DNA from: Actinomycetota bacterium
GTDB taxonomy: Bacteria; Actinomycetota; Acidimicrobiia; Acidimicrobiales; Ilumatobacteraceae
Assembly: GCA_016871395.1 (NCBI GenBank)
Contig: VFYV01000009.1
Span: 7,457 to 71,456, forward strand
DNA: 64,000 nt
Reading direction: 5' to 3'
The notes under the pieces are model-generated. The model was not told the DNA's origin. It was given only the letters and a program-made list of their open reading frames with translations, and searched no databases. Shown here piece after piece: positions 26,435 to 35,798 of this stretch (position 1 is the stretch's first letter; every line of letters starts with the position of its first letter). The position numbers were made by a program, and so were the translations under genes.

Positions 26435-27400
26435 TCATCTGGCGAATCGGGCGAGGGCGGCGATGACCTGTTCCGCCTCGCGCACGATCCTGCGAACCAG
26501 ATCGCCGGCTGGCACCAGTTCGCGCACGGCGCCGACACCTTGACCCGCGGGCATGAACTCGCGCTTCGGGTCGATCTCCACCTCTGGGGGTGCTCCCATG
26601 TGATTGGCGCCTGCTTTCATGGACACCCCCACTTGGTCGGGGAACTTCTTCAGCTCCTCGGGATGCTCCTCGAAATGCTGCGTCCACTCGGTTCGCACCA
26701 CCCGACAGGTCTTGCCCGTGTAGGCGCGCGAGACCACGGTCCCATCCTCGGGCAGTCCGAGCAAGGTCTGCTTGTAGGCCTCGGGCGCGTGGGCCTCGGG
26801 CGTGGCGATGAAACGAGTACCCATCCACACCCCGTCGGCACCCAGCGCCAACGAAGCGGCCAGGCCCCGCCCGTCGAACAATCCACCGGCGGCCACCACC
26901 GGGATCGAGTCGCCCACGGCATCCACCACCTGGGGGACCAATGCCATGGTGGCCACCGTGCCGGTGTGTCCGCCGCCCTCGGTTCCTTGCGCGACCACGA
27001 AATCGCAACCACTGGCCAACGCCGCTTGGGCGTGCCGAACCTTGCCACACATCGATCCCACGAGAATGTTGTTCTCGTGCAACACGTCGATGATCTCACG
27101 GGGCACGCCGAGTCCGGCCACGAAGATGCGTGCACCACCTTTGATGATGCTCTCCACGTCCTTTTCCAACTGGCCGGGGATGGCGGCCAACAAGTCGACG
27201 CCGAAAGGCTTGGACGTCAGGCGATGCACCGCCGCAATCTCTTCGTCCAACTGACCGGGGCGCATGGGAGCGGCTCCGAAGGTTCCGATACCCCCGGCCT
27301 CGCTGACGGCGGCGACGAGTTGGGAGTAGGACACCCCGCCCATGCCGGCGAGCATCACCGGGTGTTCGATGTCGAGCAGATCGGTCAGTCGAGTGCGCAT
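26435..27400 (-). CDS. Nitronate monooxygenase (NMO / 2-nitropropane dioxygenase family)
   Basis: Motifs are HPVMLAGMGGVSY and VVAQGTEGGGHTG, in an FMN-binding TIM-barrel pattern. Confidence 0.85.
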   Translation of the reverse strand: MRTRLTDLLDIEHPVMLAGMGGVSYSQLVAAVSEAGGIGTFGAAPMRPGQLDEEIAAVHRLTSKPFGVDLLAAIPGQLEKDVESIIKGGARIFVAGLGVPREIIDVLHENNILVGSMCGKVRHAQAALASGCDFVVAQGTEGGGHTGTVATMALVPQVVDAVGDSIPVVAAGGLFDGRGLAASLALGADGVWMGTRFIATPEAHAPEAYKQTLLGLPEDGTVVSRAYTGKTCRVVRTEWTQHFEEHPEELKKFPDQVGVSMKAGANHMGAPPEVEIDPKREFMPAGQGVGAVRELVPAGDLVRRIVREAEQVIAALARFAR

Positions 27401-27433
27401 GTCGATACCGTAGCCGTGTGGTGCTCGGGTCGA

Positions 27434-28660
27434 TCAGTACGCGCCACGTCGACGGAAAAATCGGCGGTGCCAGCGTCCCGGTGTCAACACGATGGCGCGT
27501 GGCTCGTCCTCGAACATCCAGCGGGCGAAGTTTCGACGTCCCCACGATCCGGACCTGTCCAAAAGAGCGATGGCAGCGCGGGCACCCCGAGACCTCGCCA
27601 GAATCTTCGAGAGTCGCAGGGACATGCGATGGTCGGCCAGAAGATGGTGACGGACCGCGCGGGCATACCGACGTCGCACGCTCGCGGGCTCGCCCGCACC
27701 GACGACGGCCTTGGCGGCCTCGATGCCGGTCAGAAGAGCTTGCCCGATGCCCTCGCCGGTGAGAGCGTCGGTGGCCATGGCTGCGTCACCGACGAACAAC
27801 ACACGACCGGCCGAGGTCACCGCCTCGTCGATGCGGGCCGGAATGGGCCAAGCGGTGTGGCGACCCTCCAGTTGAAATCCCTCGCCCAACGCTTCGACCA
27901 CGTGATCGCGACGCAGGAGATCGGTCCACAAGTCCTTCATGTCCTGTACGCGGCGCTCGCCACCTCGAAGAATGCCGAAGCCGACGTTCACGCGATTGCC
28001 CGGTAGGGGAAAGCTCCACGCGTAACCGGGAAGAAGATCCTCGTCGAACCACACGATGAGACGGTCCTTGGCCGGACCGGTGACGTTGCGCGCGTACTGA
28101 CGAAACGCGTGCCACTCGCCGAGGTAGCCGTCCGTGGCCACGCCCATCGCCTTGCGCACCGGACTCCACATGCCGTCGGCGGCGATGACCCACGGTGCAC
28201 GGATGATCGATGTCACCTCGTCGACGACGACCGCGACCGTCACCTTCTCGGAGTCCGACGAGATGGTCGAAAAGGAGCACTCCTCGATGACGGTGGCGCC
28301 CGTCGAGCGCGCGAGGTCCACCAGAGCGGAGTCCAATTCGATACGCGGGGTGATGGCAGCGAAGCGCCCGTTCTCGGGCAGGGGCAGGCGAACCTCGCGA
28401 CCCGAGGGCGATCTCAGGTGGGCGGCATCCACGTCTCGCCACGAGGACACGGTGGAGGGTTCGAAACCCAAGGACTGCAAGTGGCGTAGGGCCAAGGTGG
28501 TCAGCCCGTCTCCACAGCACTTGTCGCGTGGGAATCGGGCCTTGTCGATGACGGTCACCGCGAGTCCGGCTCGGGCGGCGGTGATGGCAGCGCTGGTGCC
28601 CGCGGGACCGGCCCCCACGATCAGCAGATCGCAATCGAATTCGTTCGAAATGGGAGACAC
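27434..28660 (-). CDS. Geranylgeranyl reductase-family FAD-dependent oxidoreductase (MenJ-like)
   Basis: The dinucleotide fold is DLLIVGAGPAGTSAA. FPRDKCCGDGLT and LPGYAWSFPLPGNRVNVGFG blocks resemble actinobacterial menaquinone/isoprenoid reductases. Confidence 0.85.
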   Translation of the reverse strand: MSPISNEFDCDLLIVGAGPAGTSAAITAARAGLAVTVIDKARFPRDKCCGDGLTTLALRHLQSLGFEPSTVSSWRDVDAAHLRSPSGREVRLPLPENGRFAAITPRIELDSALVDLARSTGATVIEECSFSTISSDSEKVTVAVVVDEVTSIIRAPWVIAADGMWSPVRKAMGVATDGYLGEWHAFRQYARNVTGPAKDRLIVWFDEDLLPGYAWSFPLPGNRVNVGFGILRGGERRVQDMKDLWTDLLRRDHVVEALGEGFQLEGRHTAWPIPARIDEAVTSAGRVLFVGDAAMATDALTGEGIGQALLTGIEAAKAVVGAGEPASVRRRYARAVRHHLLADHRMSLRLSKILARSRGARAAIALLDRSGSWGRRNFARWMFEDEPRAIVLTPGRWHRRFFRRRGAY

Positions 28661-28771
28661 GTCGGAAGGTTACGAGTGGTCGGCGACTGGCGCGCCACCG
28701 AGTGGCGCAACCTATGATCCGGCGTGCAGATGTCACAGACGGGCCAAGCCCGAGAACGCGAGGAGACGGCG

Positions 28772-29692
28772 ATGGCTCGACTGTGTGAAGGACGAATTGC
28801 GATCGTGACCGGCGCCGGACGTGGCATCGGACGTGAGCATGCTTTGAGTTTGGCGGCTCAGGGTGCCAAGGTCGTCGTGAACGACCTCGGCGGAAATGTC
28901 GACGGCAGCGGTGGTGATCTTTCGCCCGCCGAAAAGGTGGTCGAGGAGATCGAGGCCATGGGCGGTGAGGCCATAGCCAACGGCGACAGCGTGAGCGACT
29001 ATGACGGCGCCGCACGCATGATCCAGACCGCCATCGACACGTTTGGTGACCTGCACATCGTCGTGAACAACGCCGGCATCCTTCGGGATCGCATGCTGTT
29101 CTCCATGACGGAGGCCGAGTGGGATGCCGTCATCAACGTTCACCTGAAGGGAACCTTTGCTCCCACGCGACATGCCTGCGCCTACTGGCGCGATCAGAGT
29201 AAGTCAGGTCGGGCCGTGTCCGGACGCATCATCAACACCACGTCGGTGTCAGGCATCTATGGCAACGTCGGACAGACCAACTACGGCGCGGCCAAGGCCG
29301 GAATCGCCGCCTTCACGAACATCGCCGCTCTCGAGATGGCCCGCTACAACGTCACCGTCAACGCCGTGGCGCCGGTGGCCTTGACCCGTATGACCGAAGG
29401 TCTCGGACCGGCTCCCGAGACCGACGAGGACCGCGAGAGGCGTTCGCCACGTTGGATTGCTCCGATCGTCACGTGGTTGGCCTCCGACGAGGCGGCCGGG
29501 GTGACCGGTCGGGTGTTCGAAGCCAGCGGTGACCTGCTCGCCGTGGCCGAGGGTTGGGTTCGCGGACCGAAGCACGCACCCATCGACGACCCGACCAAAC
29601 TCGGAACGATCGTGGCCGACCTTCTCGGTTCCGCTCGCAAGAACTCGGGTATGGACGGAACGCCCGGTGGGTGGCCGCAGCCGCGATCGTGA
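28772..29692 (+). CDS. SDR, MFE-2-type 3-hydroxyacyl-CoA dehydrogenase-like
   Basis: The ATG at 28772 gives MARLCEGRIAIVTGAGRGIG. NNAGILRD and YGAAK are present. It is a paralogue of 12572..13465 and is followed by a MaoC hydratase gene. Confidence 0.85.
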   Translation: MARLCEGRIAIVTGAGRGIGREHALSLAAQGAKVVVNDLGGNVDGSGGDLSPAEKVVEEIEAMGGEAIANGDSVSDYDGAARMIQTAIDTFGDLHIVVNNAGILRDRMLFSMTEAEWDAVINVHLKGTFAPTRHACAYWRDQSKSGRAVSGRIINTTSVSGIYGNVGQTNYGAAKAGIAAFTNIAALEMARYNVTVNAVAPVALTRMTEGLGPAPETDEDRERRSPRWIAPIVTWLASDEAAGVTGRVFEASGDLLAVAEGWVRGPKHAPIDDPTKLGTIVADLLGSARKNSGMDGTPGGWPQPRS

Positions 29693-29722
29693 GAAGATAC
29701 GACGAGATCAAGGAGACATGAC

Positions 29723-30574
29723 ATGCCGTTGAATCCCGAAGCAGTCGGAACTGTCGGTGACGTCCGCACGATGTCCTGGAATTCCAAGGACGCGTTGTTG
29801 TACGCCGTCGGCATCGGTGCTGGACAAGGCGATCTCGCGTTCACCACCGAGAACACCAAGGATGTCGCCCAGTTGGTTTTCCCCACCTTCGCCGTGGTCG
29901 CTGGTTCGGGCACCACGTCGGCGGGTCGCAGTGCGATGGCCGGCATCGGGTCGTTCAACTGGGCGATGCTCGTGCACGGTTCGCAGGCGATCACGCTGCA
30001 TCGCCCCATCCCGGTCGAAGCCGAAGCAACGGTGCAGGACAAAGTCGTCGCGATGCACGACAAGGGCAAGGCGGCCGTCGTGGTTACCGAGACCGAGGTG
30101 AAGTCGTCGGCGGGCGAGCCCTTGTGGACCACCCGTTCGTCGGTGTTCATTCGCGGTGAAGGTGGTTGGGGAGGTGACCGCGGACCGTCGGGCCCACAGA
30201 ACGAACCGCCGACTCGTGCCCCGGATCACGAGGAGTCGTTGACCACCTCGTCCGACCAAGCCTTCGTCTACCGGTTGTCGGGGGACCGTAACCCGTTGCA
30301 CACCGATCCATCCTTCGCCGCGTTGGGTGGATTCGATCGACCGATTCTTCACGGCTTGTGCACCTACGGGTTCACCGGTCGCATGTTGCTGAAGGCTCTT
30401 TGCGGCAACGATGTCACCAAGTTCCATCACGTCGAAGGACGTTTCTCCTCTCCCGTTCTGCCCGGCGACGAGTTGACGGTGCGCATCTGGAACGTTGCGG
30501 CCGGTGAGGCCGTCTTCACCACCTCGGTTGGTGACCGCGTGGTCATCGACCAGGGCCTCGTTCGCCACTCCTGA
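29723..30574 (+). CDS. MaoC-family (R)-specific enoyl-CoA hydratase (double hotdog, Hsd4B-like)
   Basis: The hydratase-2 motif is YRLSGDRNPLHTDPSFAA. At 283 aa, the length fits a double-hotdog fold. Confidence 0.88.
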   Translation: MPLNPEAVGTVGDVRTMSWNSKDALLYAVGIGAGQGDLAFTTENTKDVAQLVFPTFAVVAGSGTTSAGRSAMAGIGSFNWAMLVHGSQAITLHRPIPVEAEATVQDKVVAMHDKGKAAVVVTETEVKSSAGEPLWTTRSSVFIRGEGGWGGDRGPSGPQNEPPTRAPDHEESLTTSSDQAFVYRLSGDRNPLHTDPSFAALGGFDRPILHGLCTYGFTGRMLLKALCGNDVTKFHHVEGRFSSPVLPGDELTVRIWNVAAGEAVFTTSVGDRVVIDQGLVRHS

Positions 30575-31234
30575 TCAGAACAGGCGCAGATCGTCGGGGC
30601 GTCGCCCCCGGAGGTCGTCGTAGTCCACCTCGACGCACGTGATCGCTCGCTGTTGGGCGATCACCTTGGCCTGGGGCTTGATCGATTGCGCCACGAACAC
30701 CCCGCGCAGCCCCACGAGGTTGGCGTCCGCGCGCAGTACCTCCAGGTAACGGGCCAGCTGCTCGACTCCGTCGATCTCACCGCGCCGTTTGATCTCCACC
30801 GCCACGTAGTTCCCGTCCGGATCGAGGCACATCAGGTCCACCGGACCGATGGCGGTGGGCCACTCGCGACGCACCAGGGTGAGGCCGGGCTGGACGGACC
30901 CCGGTACGGCCGCCAACAGTTCCTGCAGGTGGGCCTCGACTCCGTCCTTTTGCAGTCCGGGATCCTCACCGAGCGGGTGGTTGGTCTCCATGTGGATCTC
31001 GTGAAAGTCGATCGTCAATGTCTCGCCCTTGGGGTTGGTGACGATCCACTTCTCGTCGGTCTCGACGATGGTGTTGGGCGCGTTCATCCAGTTGAGGGGC
31101 TTGTACGCGCCTCCGTCACTGTGAATCGCCACGCAACCATCGGCTTTCACCATCACCAGTCGAACTGCCTCGGGCAGGTGCGCGTCGAGGCGCCCCTCGT
31201 ACTTCACGCTGCAGCGGGCGACGACCAGACGCAT
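30575..31234 (-). CDS. nucS: Endonuclease NucS (EndoMS, non-canonical mismatch repair)
   Basis: The N-terminus [40 protein letters not shown]...KPLNWM and the C-terminal nuclease part [28 protein letters not shown] are characteristic of NucS. The length is 219 aa. Confidence 0.9.
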   Translation of the reverse strand: MRLVVARCSVKYEGRLDAHLPEAVRLVMVKADGCVAIHSDGGAYKPLNWMNAPNTIVETDEKWIVTNPKGETLTIDFHEIHMETNHPLGEDPGLQKDGVEAHLQELLAAVPGSVQPGLTLVRREWPTAIGPVDLMCLDPDGNYVAVEIKRRGEIDGVEQLARYLEVLRADANLVGLRGVFVAQSIKPQAKVIAQQRAITCVEVDYDDLRGRRPDDLRLF

Positions 31235-31247
31235 GACCGGACAATCT

Positions 31248-32849
31248 TTACCGCGTCACGTGCTCCCGCATGCGCTTTTGGATGAGGTCGCGTCGGGCCT
31301 GCAGTTCCTTGTAGGTCATGCGATCGACATCGGCCTCCAACCCCAGGCTGGCCCTCACGCTGGACATGTCGAATTGAACCGCGTTGGGATCGACGCCCAG
31401 TTCGCGACCGAGACGCTCACCGTGGCGTTGGGCGAATGTCATGGAGATGTTGGCCACCTCGCCCAAGATGTCGAGTTCGGGCGCCAAACGTGAGATCGCA
31501 CCGTCCAAGAAGACCATGTTCTTCACGTACAGCATCAGTTCCTTGGGCAGACGAGCGCCGTAGCCGAGAAGTGCTCGCACGACACGTTGGACTTCGGCGA
31601 CCATCTGCTCTCCCGTGAGCGTGGTGGGGTCGACCGTGGCTTGGTCGAGCCGCAGGTCGCGAATAACGGCGGCCAGATCCGTGTCGTGCGGGAGTGCGCC
31701 CAGATCGCGCAAGGCGGCCATCTGGCCCATGAGGTCACTGGTGGTGGCGCTCAACATGAGACGAAGGAACGCCAGCCGGCGCTCGTTGCTCAATCGAGCG
31801 ACGATGCCGAAGTCGAGCAGGGCGGTGCGACCGTCGGGCAGAACGAACAGATTCCCCCCGTGGAGGTCGCCGTGGAAGGTGCCGTGAATGATGGCTCCCT
31901 CCATGAACGCGATCATGCCGGTACGCACGACACCTTCGGTGTCGATTCCCGCGTCCTTCATGCCCGCGACATCGTCGAAGTTGAAGCCGGATACCCGCTC
32001 CATCACGAGAACGCGACGCGTCACGAGGCGGGGGTGCGGGCGAGGAACGACGAAGCCGTCCTGATTCAGGTCGCGCAACATCGCCGCCACGTCGAGCATG
32101 TTCGCCGCCTCGAGTCGGAAATCCAGTTCCTCCACGATCGTCTCGGCGAAGAGTTCGACCAAAGCGGGGGGATTGGCGAGCGCGGCGATCGGGATTCGTC
32201 CGACCAAGTGAGGAGCGATCCACGCCATGACGGTCAGGTCCTTGCGGACGAGGCGGGCGACCTTGGGTCGTTGCACCTTCACCACGACGTCTTCTCCGGT
32301 GCGAAGTCGTGCCGCGTGAACCTGGGCGATCGACGCGGCGGCCAAGGCCCTCTCGTCGAACCATTCGAACACGTCCTCGAGCCGGGCTCCGAGATCCTGT
32401 TCCACTGTGACCCGCACGGTGGAGAACGGCTCCGCGGGAACCTGATCACGACACATCTTGAACTGCTCGACCAGTTCGACGGGGAACAGGCCTTCACCGC
32501 TGGAGATGATCTGACCCAGTTTGATGTAGGTGGGACCGAGCGTCTCCACGGCGAGTCTCAGTCGCCGCGAGACATCACCTCGACTGTCGGCGGGTTCGAC
32601 GTATCGGCCGCGCTTCTTGTTCACGAACCACGGAGCGATCGCGCCTCCGATCTGGCGCGCCACCGTGACCACACGGGCGCCCGGTGGCAACCGTCGAGGG
32701 GTGGTGAGTGCGGGAACCTCGGCCCGGGCGGCCGAGCGCAGACCATCGATCAGGGGCTTCCATTCGATGTCGGAGAGATCGAGTTCCCAAGGACCACTCT
32801 CGGTGAAGGCACCCCAAGTGCAATCGCCGGGTGTTCGGGAGGAACTCAC
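31248..32849 (-). CDS. ABC1/UbiB-family atypical protein kinase
   Basis: ABC1 blocks are [27 protein letters not shown] and [12 protein letters not shown]. Confidence 0.85.
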   Translation of the reverse strand: MSSSRTPGDCTWGAFTESGPWELDLSDIEWKPLIDGLRSAARAEVPALTTPRRLPPGARVVTVARQIGGAIAPWFVNKKRGRYVEPADSRGDVSRRLRLAVETLGPTYIKLGQIISSGEGLFPVELVEQFKMCRDQVPAEPFSTVRVTVEQDLGARLEDVFEWFDERALAAASIAQVHAARLRTGEDVVVKVQRPKVARLVRKDLTVMAWIAPHLVGRIPIAALANPPALVELFAETIVEELDFRLEAANMLDVAAMLRDLNQDGFVVPRPHPRLVTRRVLVMERVSGFNFDDVAGMKDAGIDTEGVVRTGMIAFMEGAIIHGTFHGDLHGGNLFVLPDGRTALLDFGIVARLSNERRLAFLRLMLSATTSDLMGQMAALRDLGALPHDTDLAAVIRDLRLDQATVDPTTLTGEQMVAEVQRVVRALLGYGARLPKELMLYVKNMVFLDGAISRLAPELDILGEVANISMTFAQRHGERLGRELGVDPNAVQFDMSSVRASLGLEADVDRMTYKELQARRDLIQKRMREHVTR

Positions 32850-32904
32850 CTTGTGAGTTTGCCCCAGTAGGGATTGGAATTCACCTCGGACCGGAGTTGG
32901 AAGT

Positions 32905-34635
32905 GTGACACAACACGCCGACTATCGTGCGGACAGCACCGCAGGGCCGGTGCACGAGATCTCTCGGACGAATCGTTGGGGGCGGGTCATGGTGCCGGAA
33001 CGTTGGATAACAGACTGGGAGTCGAGTCCGAAACTGCCCGTGTACACCCGCGCCAACGCCGGTGAGGTGCTCCCTGACCCCTGCAGTCCGCTGTGTTGGA
33101 CGGTGGTGTGGGAGCCCGGGGTCATCATGGGTTGGCGTGACAGTCAGATCAGTGCCGGCACGATGGACGACCACGAGTTGCACCCCACGCGCCCTGAGGT
33201 GATCGGCCACTTCGGGGGGTACCTGTTCATCAACGGATCGACGGCTCGACTTTTCGGGGCGCGGGGTCCCGGTCTGTCGCCCGAGATGATCGACGCAACC
33301 TATTTCGGGTCGCACCCGGACGTTCCACCCTACGTGGCCGAGCCGTGGCACGACAGTCCCGCCAACACCGCCAAGTTGGGTGAATGGATGATGCGGGCCA
33401 TGACCGCCGAAAGTCTCGATCACCTGTTGGTCGATCGGGCCGATGCCAACGAGGCTCGCGCGTCACGTCCCAACCTGTCCGAGTTGGACGAGACCGCCCT
33501 CGTCGGGCGCATGCGCTCGTTCACGGCTCTGTTGCGTCGGATGTTCGAGCATCACCTCGACACCACGGCGGGAACGTCGATCGGACTCGGAGTCCTCGGC
33601 ACGATCGCGGCCGCTCTCGGTGACCCGTCGTTGACGCTCATGTTGATGACGAGCATCGGTGACGTCGACTCGGCTGCGCCGAGCCGGGCGATGTGGGCGA
33701 TGTCGCGACTGCCCGCGGAGTCAGCGGAGTTCCGGACGAGATTCTCGGACTTCATTCGCGAGTTCGGCAGTCGGGGGCCGAACGAGTGGGACATTCGCTC
33801 GGATACCTGGGAGACCAAGCCCGAACTGGCCGTTGTTCTCATCGACGCGATGCGAGGGGCATCCGATTCGGAGAATCCGGTCGGTCGCGACTCGAAGAAC
33901 ACGGCGTTGCGCGAGGACGCCGAGGCCCGGGTGCGTACGGCTTTTGCGGACCAACCAGAGGTGCTGGCCCAATTCGAATTGGGTCTGCGCTCGGCGCACC
34001 TGTATCTCGCGGGTCGCGAGCGAGCCAAGACCAACATCATCAAGGTGGTGCACGAGGTGCGCATGGCCGCTCATGCCTTGGCGGCCCGCTCGGGGTACAC
34101 GAGATCTCAGATCTGCATGTTGTTGGCCGACGAACTCGATGCCTTCGTCACCGGTCCCGATGAATTCCGTGCCCGCCTCGCCCAACGCGAGCGTCAATAC
34201 ATGGAACTCTTCGAACTCGAACCTCCGTTCATCGTCAACGGGGTCGTGCCCCCGTTGACGAGTTGGGCTCGCAAGGGTGAGTCACGGGCCACCATCGTTG
34301 CGGCGGGTGAGGTGTTGTCGGGGATGCCGGGTGCTCCCGGCACCTACACCGGGAGGGCTCGCGTGATCCGGGACCCCGCAGATCCTTTGGCGCTCGAACC
34401 CGGTGAAGTTTTGATCGCACCCTTCACCGACCCGGCATGGACGCCGTTGTTCGTTCCGGCGGGTGCGGTGGTGGTGAATGTCGGTGCGGTGGTGAGCCAT
34501 GCGATCATCGTCAGTCGCGAGTTGGGCATGCCGTGTGTCGTCAGCGTCACCGATGCCACCGAGCGCATTCCCGACGGAGCCGTCGTGACGGTCGACGGTG
34601 CCTCGGGCACCGTCGCCATCGTGAGCTTGCCCTGA
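32905..34635 (+). CDS. PEP-utilising-enzyme mobile (swivel phosphohistidine) domain protein with an uncharacterised ~480-aa N-terminal region
   Basis: The C-terminus GTYTGRARVIRDP...GEVLIAPFTDPAWTPLF..AGAVVVNVGAVVSHAIIVSRELGMPCVV is the PEP-utilisers swivel domain with its catalytic His. I see no PPDK_N/ATP-grasp motif (GGKxxxL) in the N-terminal part. An alternative start is the in-frame ATG at 32989. Confidence 0.8.
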   Translation: MTQHADYRADSTAGPVHEISRTNRWGRVMVPERWITDWESSPKLPVYTRANAGEVLPDPCSPLCWTVVWEPGVIMGWRDSQISAGTMDDHELHPTRPEVIGHFGGYLFINGSTARLFGARGPGLSPEMIDATYFGSHPDVPPYVAEPWHDSPANTAKLGEWMMRAMTAESLDHLLVDRADANEARASRPNLSELDETALVGRMRSFTALLRRMFEHHLDTTAGTSIGLGVLGTIAAALGDPSLTLMLMTSIGDVDSAAPSRAMWAMSRLPAESAEFRTRFSDFIREFGSRGPNEWDIRSDTWETKPELAVVLIDAMRGASDSENPVGRDSKNTALREDAEARVRTAFADQPEVLAQFELGLRSAHLYLAGRERAKTNIIKVVHEVRMAAHALAARSGYTRSQICMLLADELDAFVTGPDEFRARLAQRERQYMELFELEPPFIVNGVVPPLTSWARKGESRATIVAAGEVLSGMPGAPGTYTGRARVIRDPADPLALEPGEVLIAPFTDPAWTPLFVPAGAVVVNVGAVVSHAIIVSRELGMPCVVSVTDATERIPDGAVVTVDGASGTVAIVSLP

Positions 34636-34670
34636 AGCCGGTTCATCAGTATCTCTGGGTCGCGCTCGTC

Positions 34671-35798
34671 ATGGGCGTGGCCCTCTCGATCCTCGGTCCG
34701 GCGGTTTCCTACTTGGAGGACCGTCTCGGTGTCGGAGCGGGTGTCATCGGCGTGCTGTTCGCCTTGAGTGCCGCCGGAAACTTCGTGGGGGCGATGCTCG
34801 GTGGCCGATGGATCGATTCGATCGGCGGGCATGCCACGTTGACCATCGGGGTCGTCGGTTTCGTGACTGGCGCGGTGCTGATCGCCGCCGGTAGTGAGTA
34901 TCTGGTCGTGGCTTCGGGGGTGACCCTGGTCGGCGCGGCCACTGGTGCCGCTGATGCGGCGATGAACACGATGGTCGTGTGGGCCCGAGTCGGTCGGTCG
35001 GGTCCGGCTCTGAACGCCCTCCATCTGATGTTCGGTGTCGGGGCGCTGATCGCTCCGCTCGCCGTCGATCGATCCTTGGCTTGGTCGAGTGGTCTGTGGT
35101 ACGTCGCCGCGTTGGTCGGGGCGATCGGGCTGATCAGTGTGATCTTGTTGCTCGGTCATCGCGCCCCCGCCGCTCCGACCCCGGAGGACCACATCGAACG
35201 ACCACCGATGTCCACCTCGACCACGGCGTCGGTGGCGTTTTTCTTCCTTTTGTACGTGGGGGCCGAGATCGGGTTCGGAGGCTGGATCTTCACCTTCGCC
35301 GAGGACCGGAATCTCGCCGGTTCGGCACCGGCGTTGGTGACCGCCGCGTTTTGGGGAGCCTTCGCTTTGGGACGCCTTTTGGCGATCCCGGTGAGCCGTG
35401 TGTCGAGGCCGGTCACCATCGTGGTGTCGTCGTGCGCGATGTCGGTGGTCGCGTTACTCGTGATGGTCGTGGCTGACGGAGCGGTTTGGTCGGTCTGGTC
35501 GGGTGCGGTCGTCTACGGGTTGAGTGCGGGTCCGCAGTACCCGACCATGATCGCCCTCGTCGACACGCGACTGTCCCTGACGGCTCGGGCCACGTCGTGG
35601 ATCGTAGGTGCCGCCGCCATCGGCGCACTGATCGTTCCCACCGGTATCGGACCACTCATCGAGTCGTACGGCTCGTCCACCATGCCCAAGATGGTGTTGG
35701 GCGTGAGCGCGGCTGGCTTCGTGTGGGCAGTGCTCGTTGGACGGCTGATCAACCGTGCGAGTGCACCTCGTCGCACAGACGTTCTTCACCCGGCTTGA
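34671..35798 (+). CDS. MFS transporter
   Basis: The product is polytopic and hydrophobic, with a GRWIDSIGG loop. The start is uncertain. ATG 34671 is the first canonical in-frame start after the upstream stop, but it may clip TM1 (YLWVALVMGVALSIL). Confidence 0.72.
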   Translation: MGVALSILGPAVSYLEDRLGVGAGVIGVLFALSAAGNFVGAMLGGRWIDSIGGHATLTIGVVGFVTGAVLIAAGSEYLVVASGVTLVGAATGAADAAMNTMVVWARVGRSGPALNALHLMFGVGALIAPLAVDRSLAWSSGLWYVAALVGAIGLISVILLLGHRAPAAPTPEDHIERPPMSTSTTASVAFFFLLYVGAEIGFGGWIFTFAEDRNLAGSAPALVTAAFWGAFALGRLLAIPVSRVSRPVTIVVSSCAMSVVALLVMVVADGAVWSVWSGAVVYGLSAGPQYPTMIALVDTRLSLTARATSWIVGAAAIGALIVPTGIGPLIESYGSSTMPKMVLGVSAAGFVWAVLVGRLINRASAPRRTDVLHPA

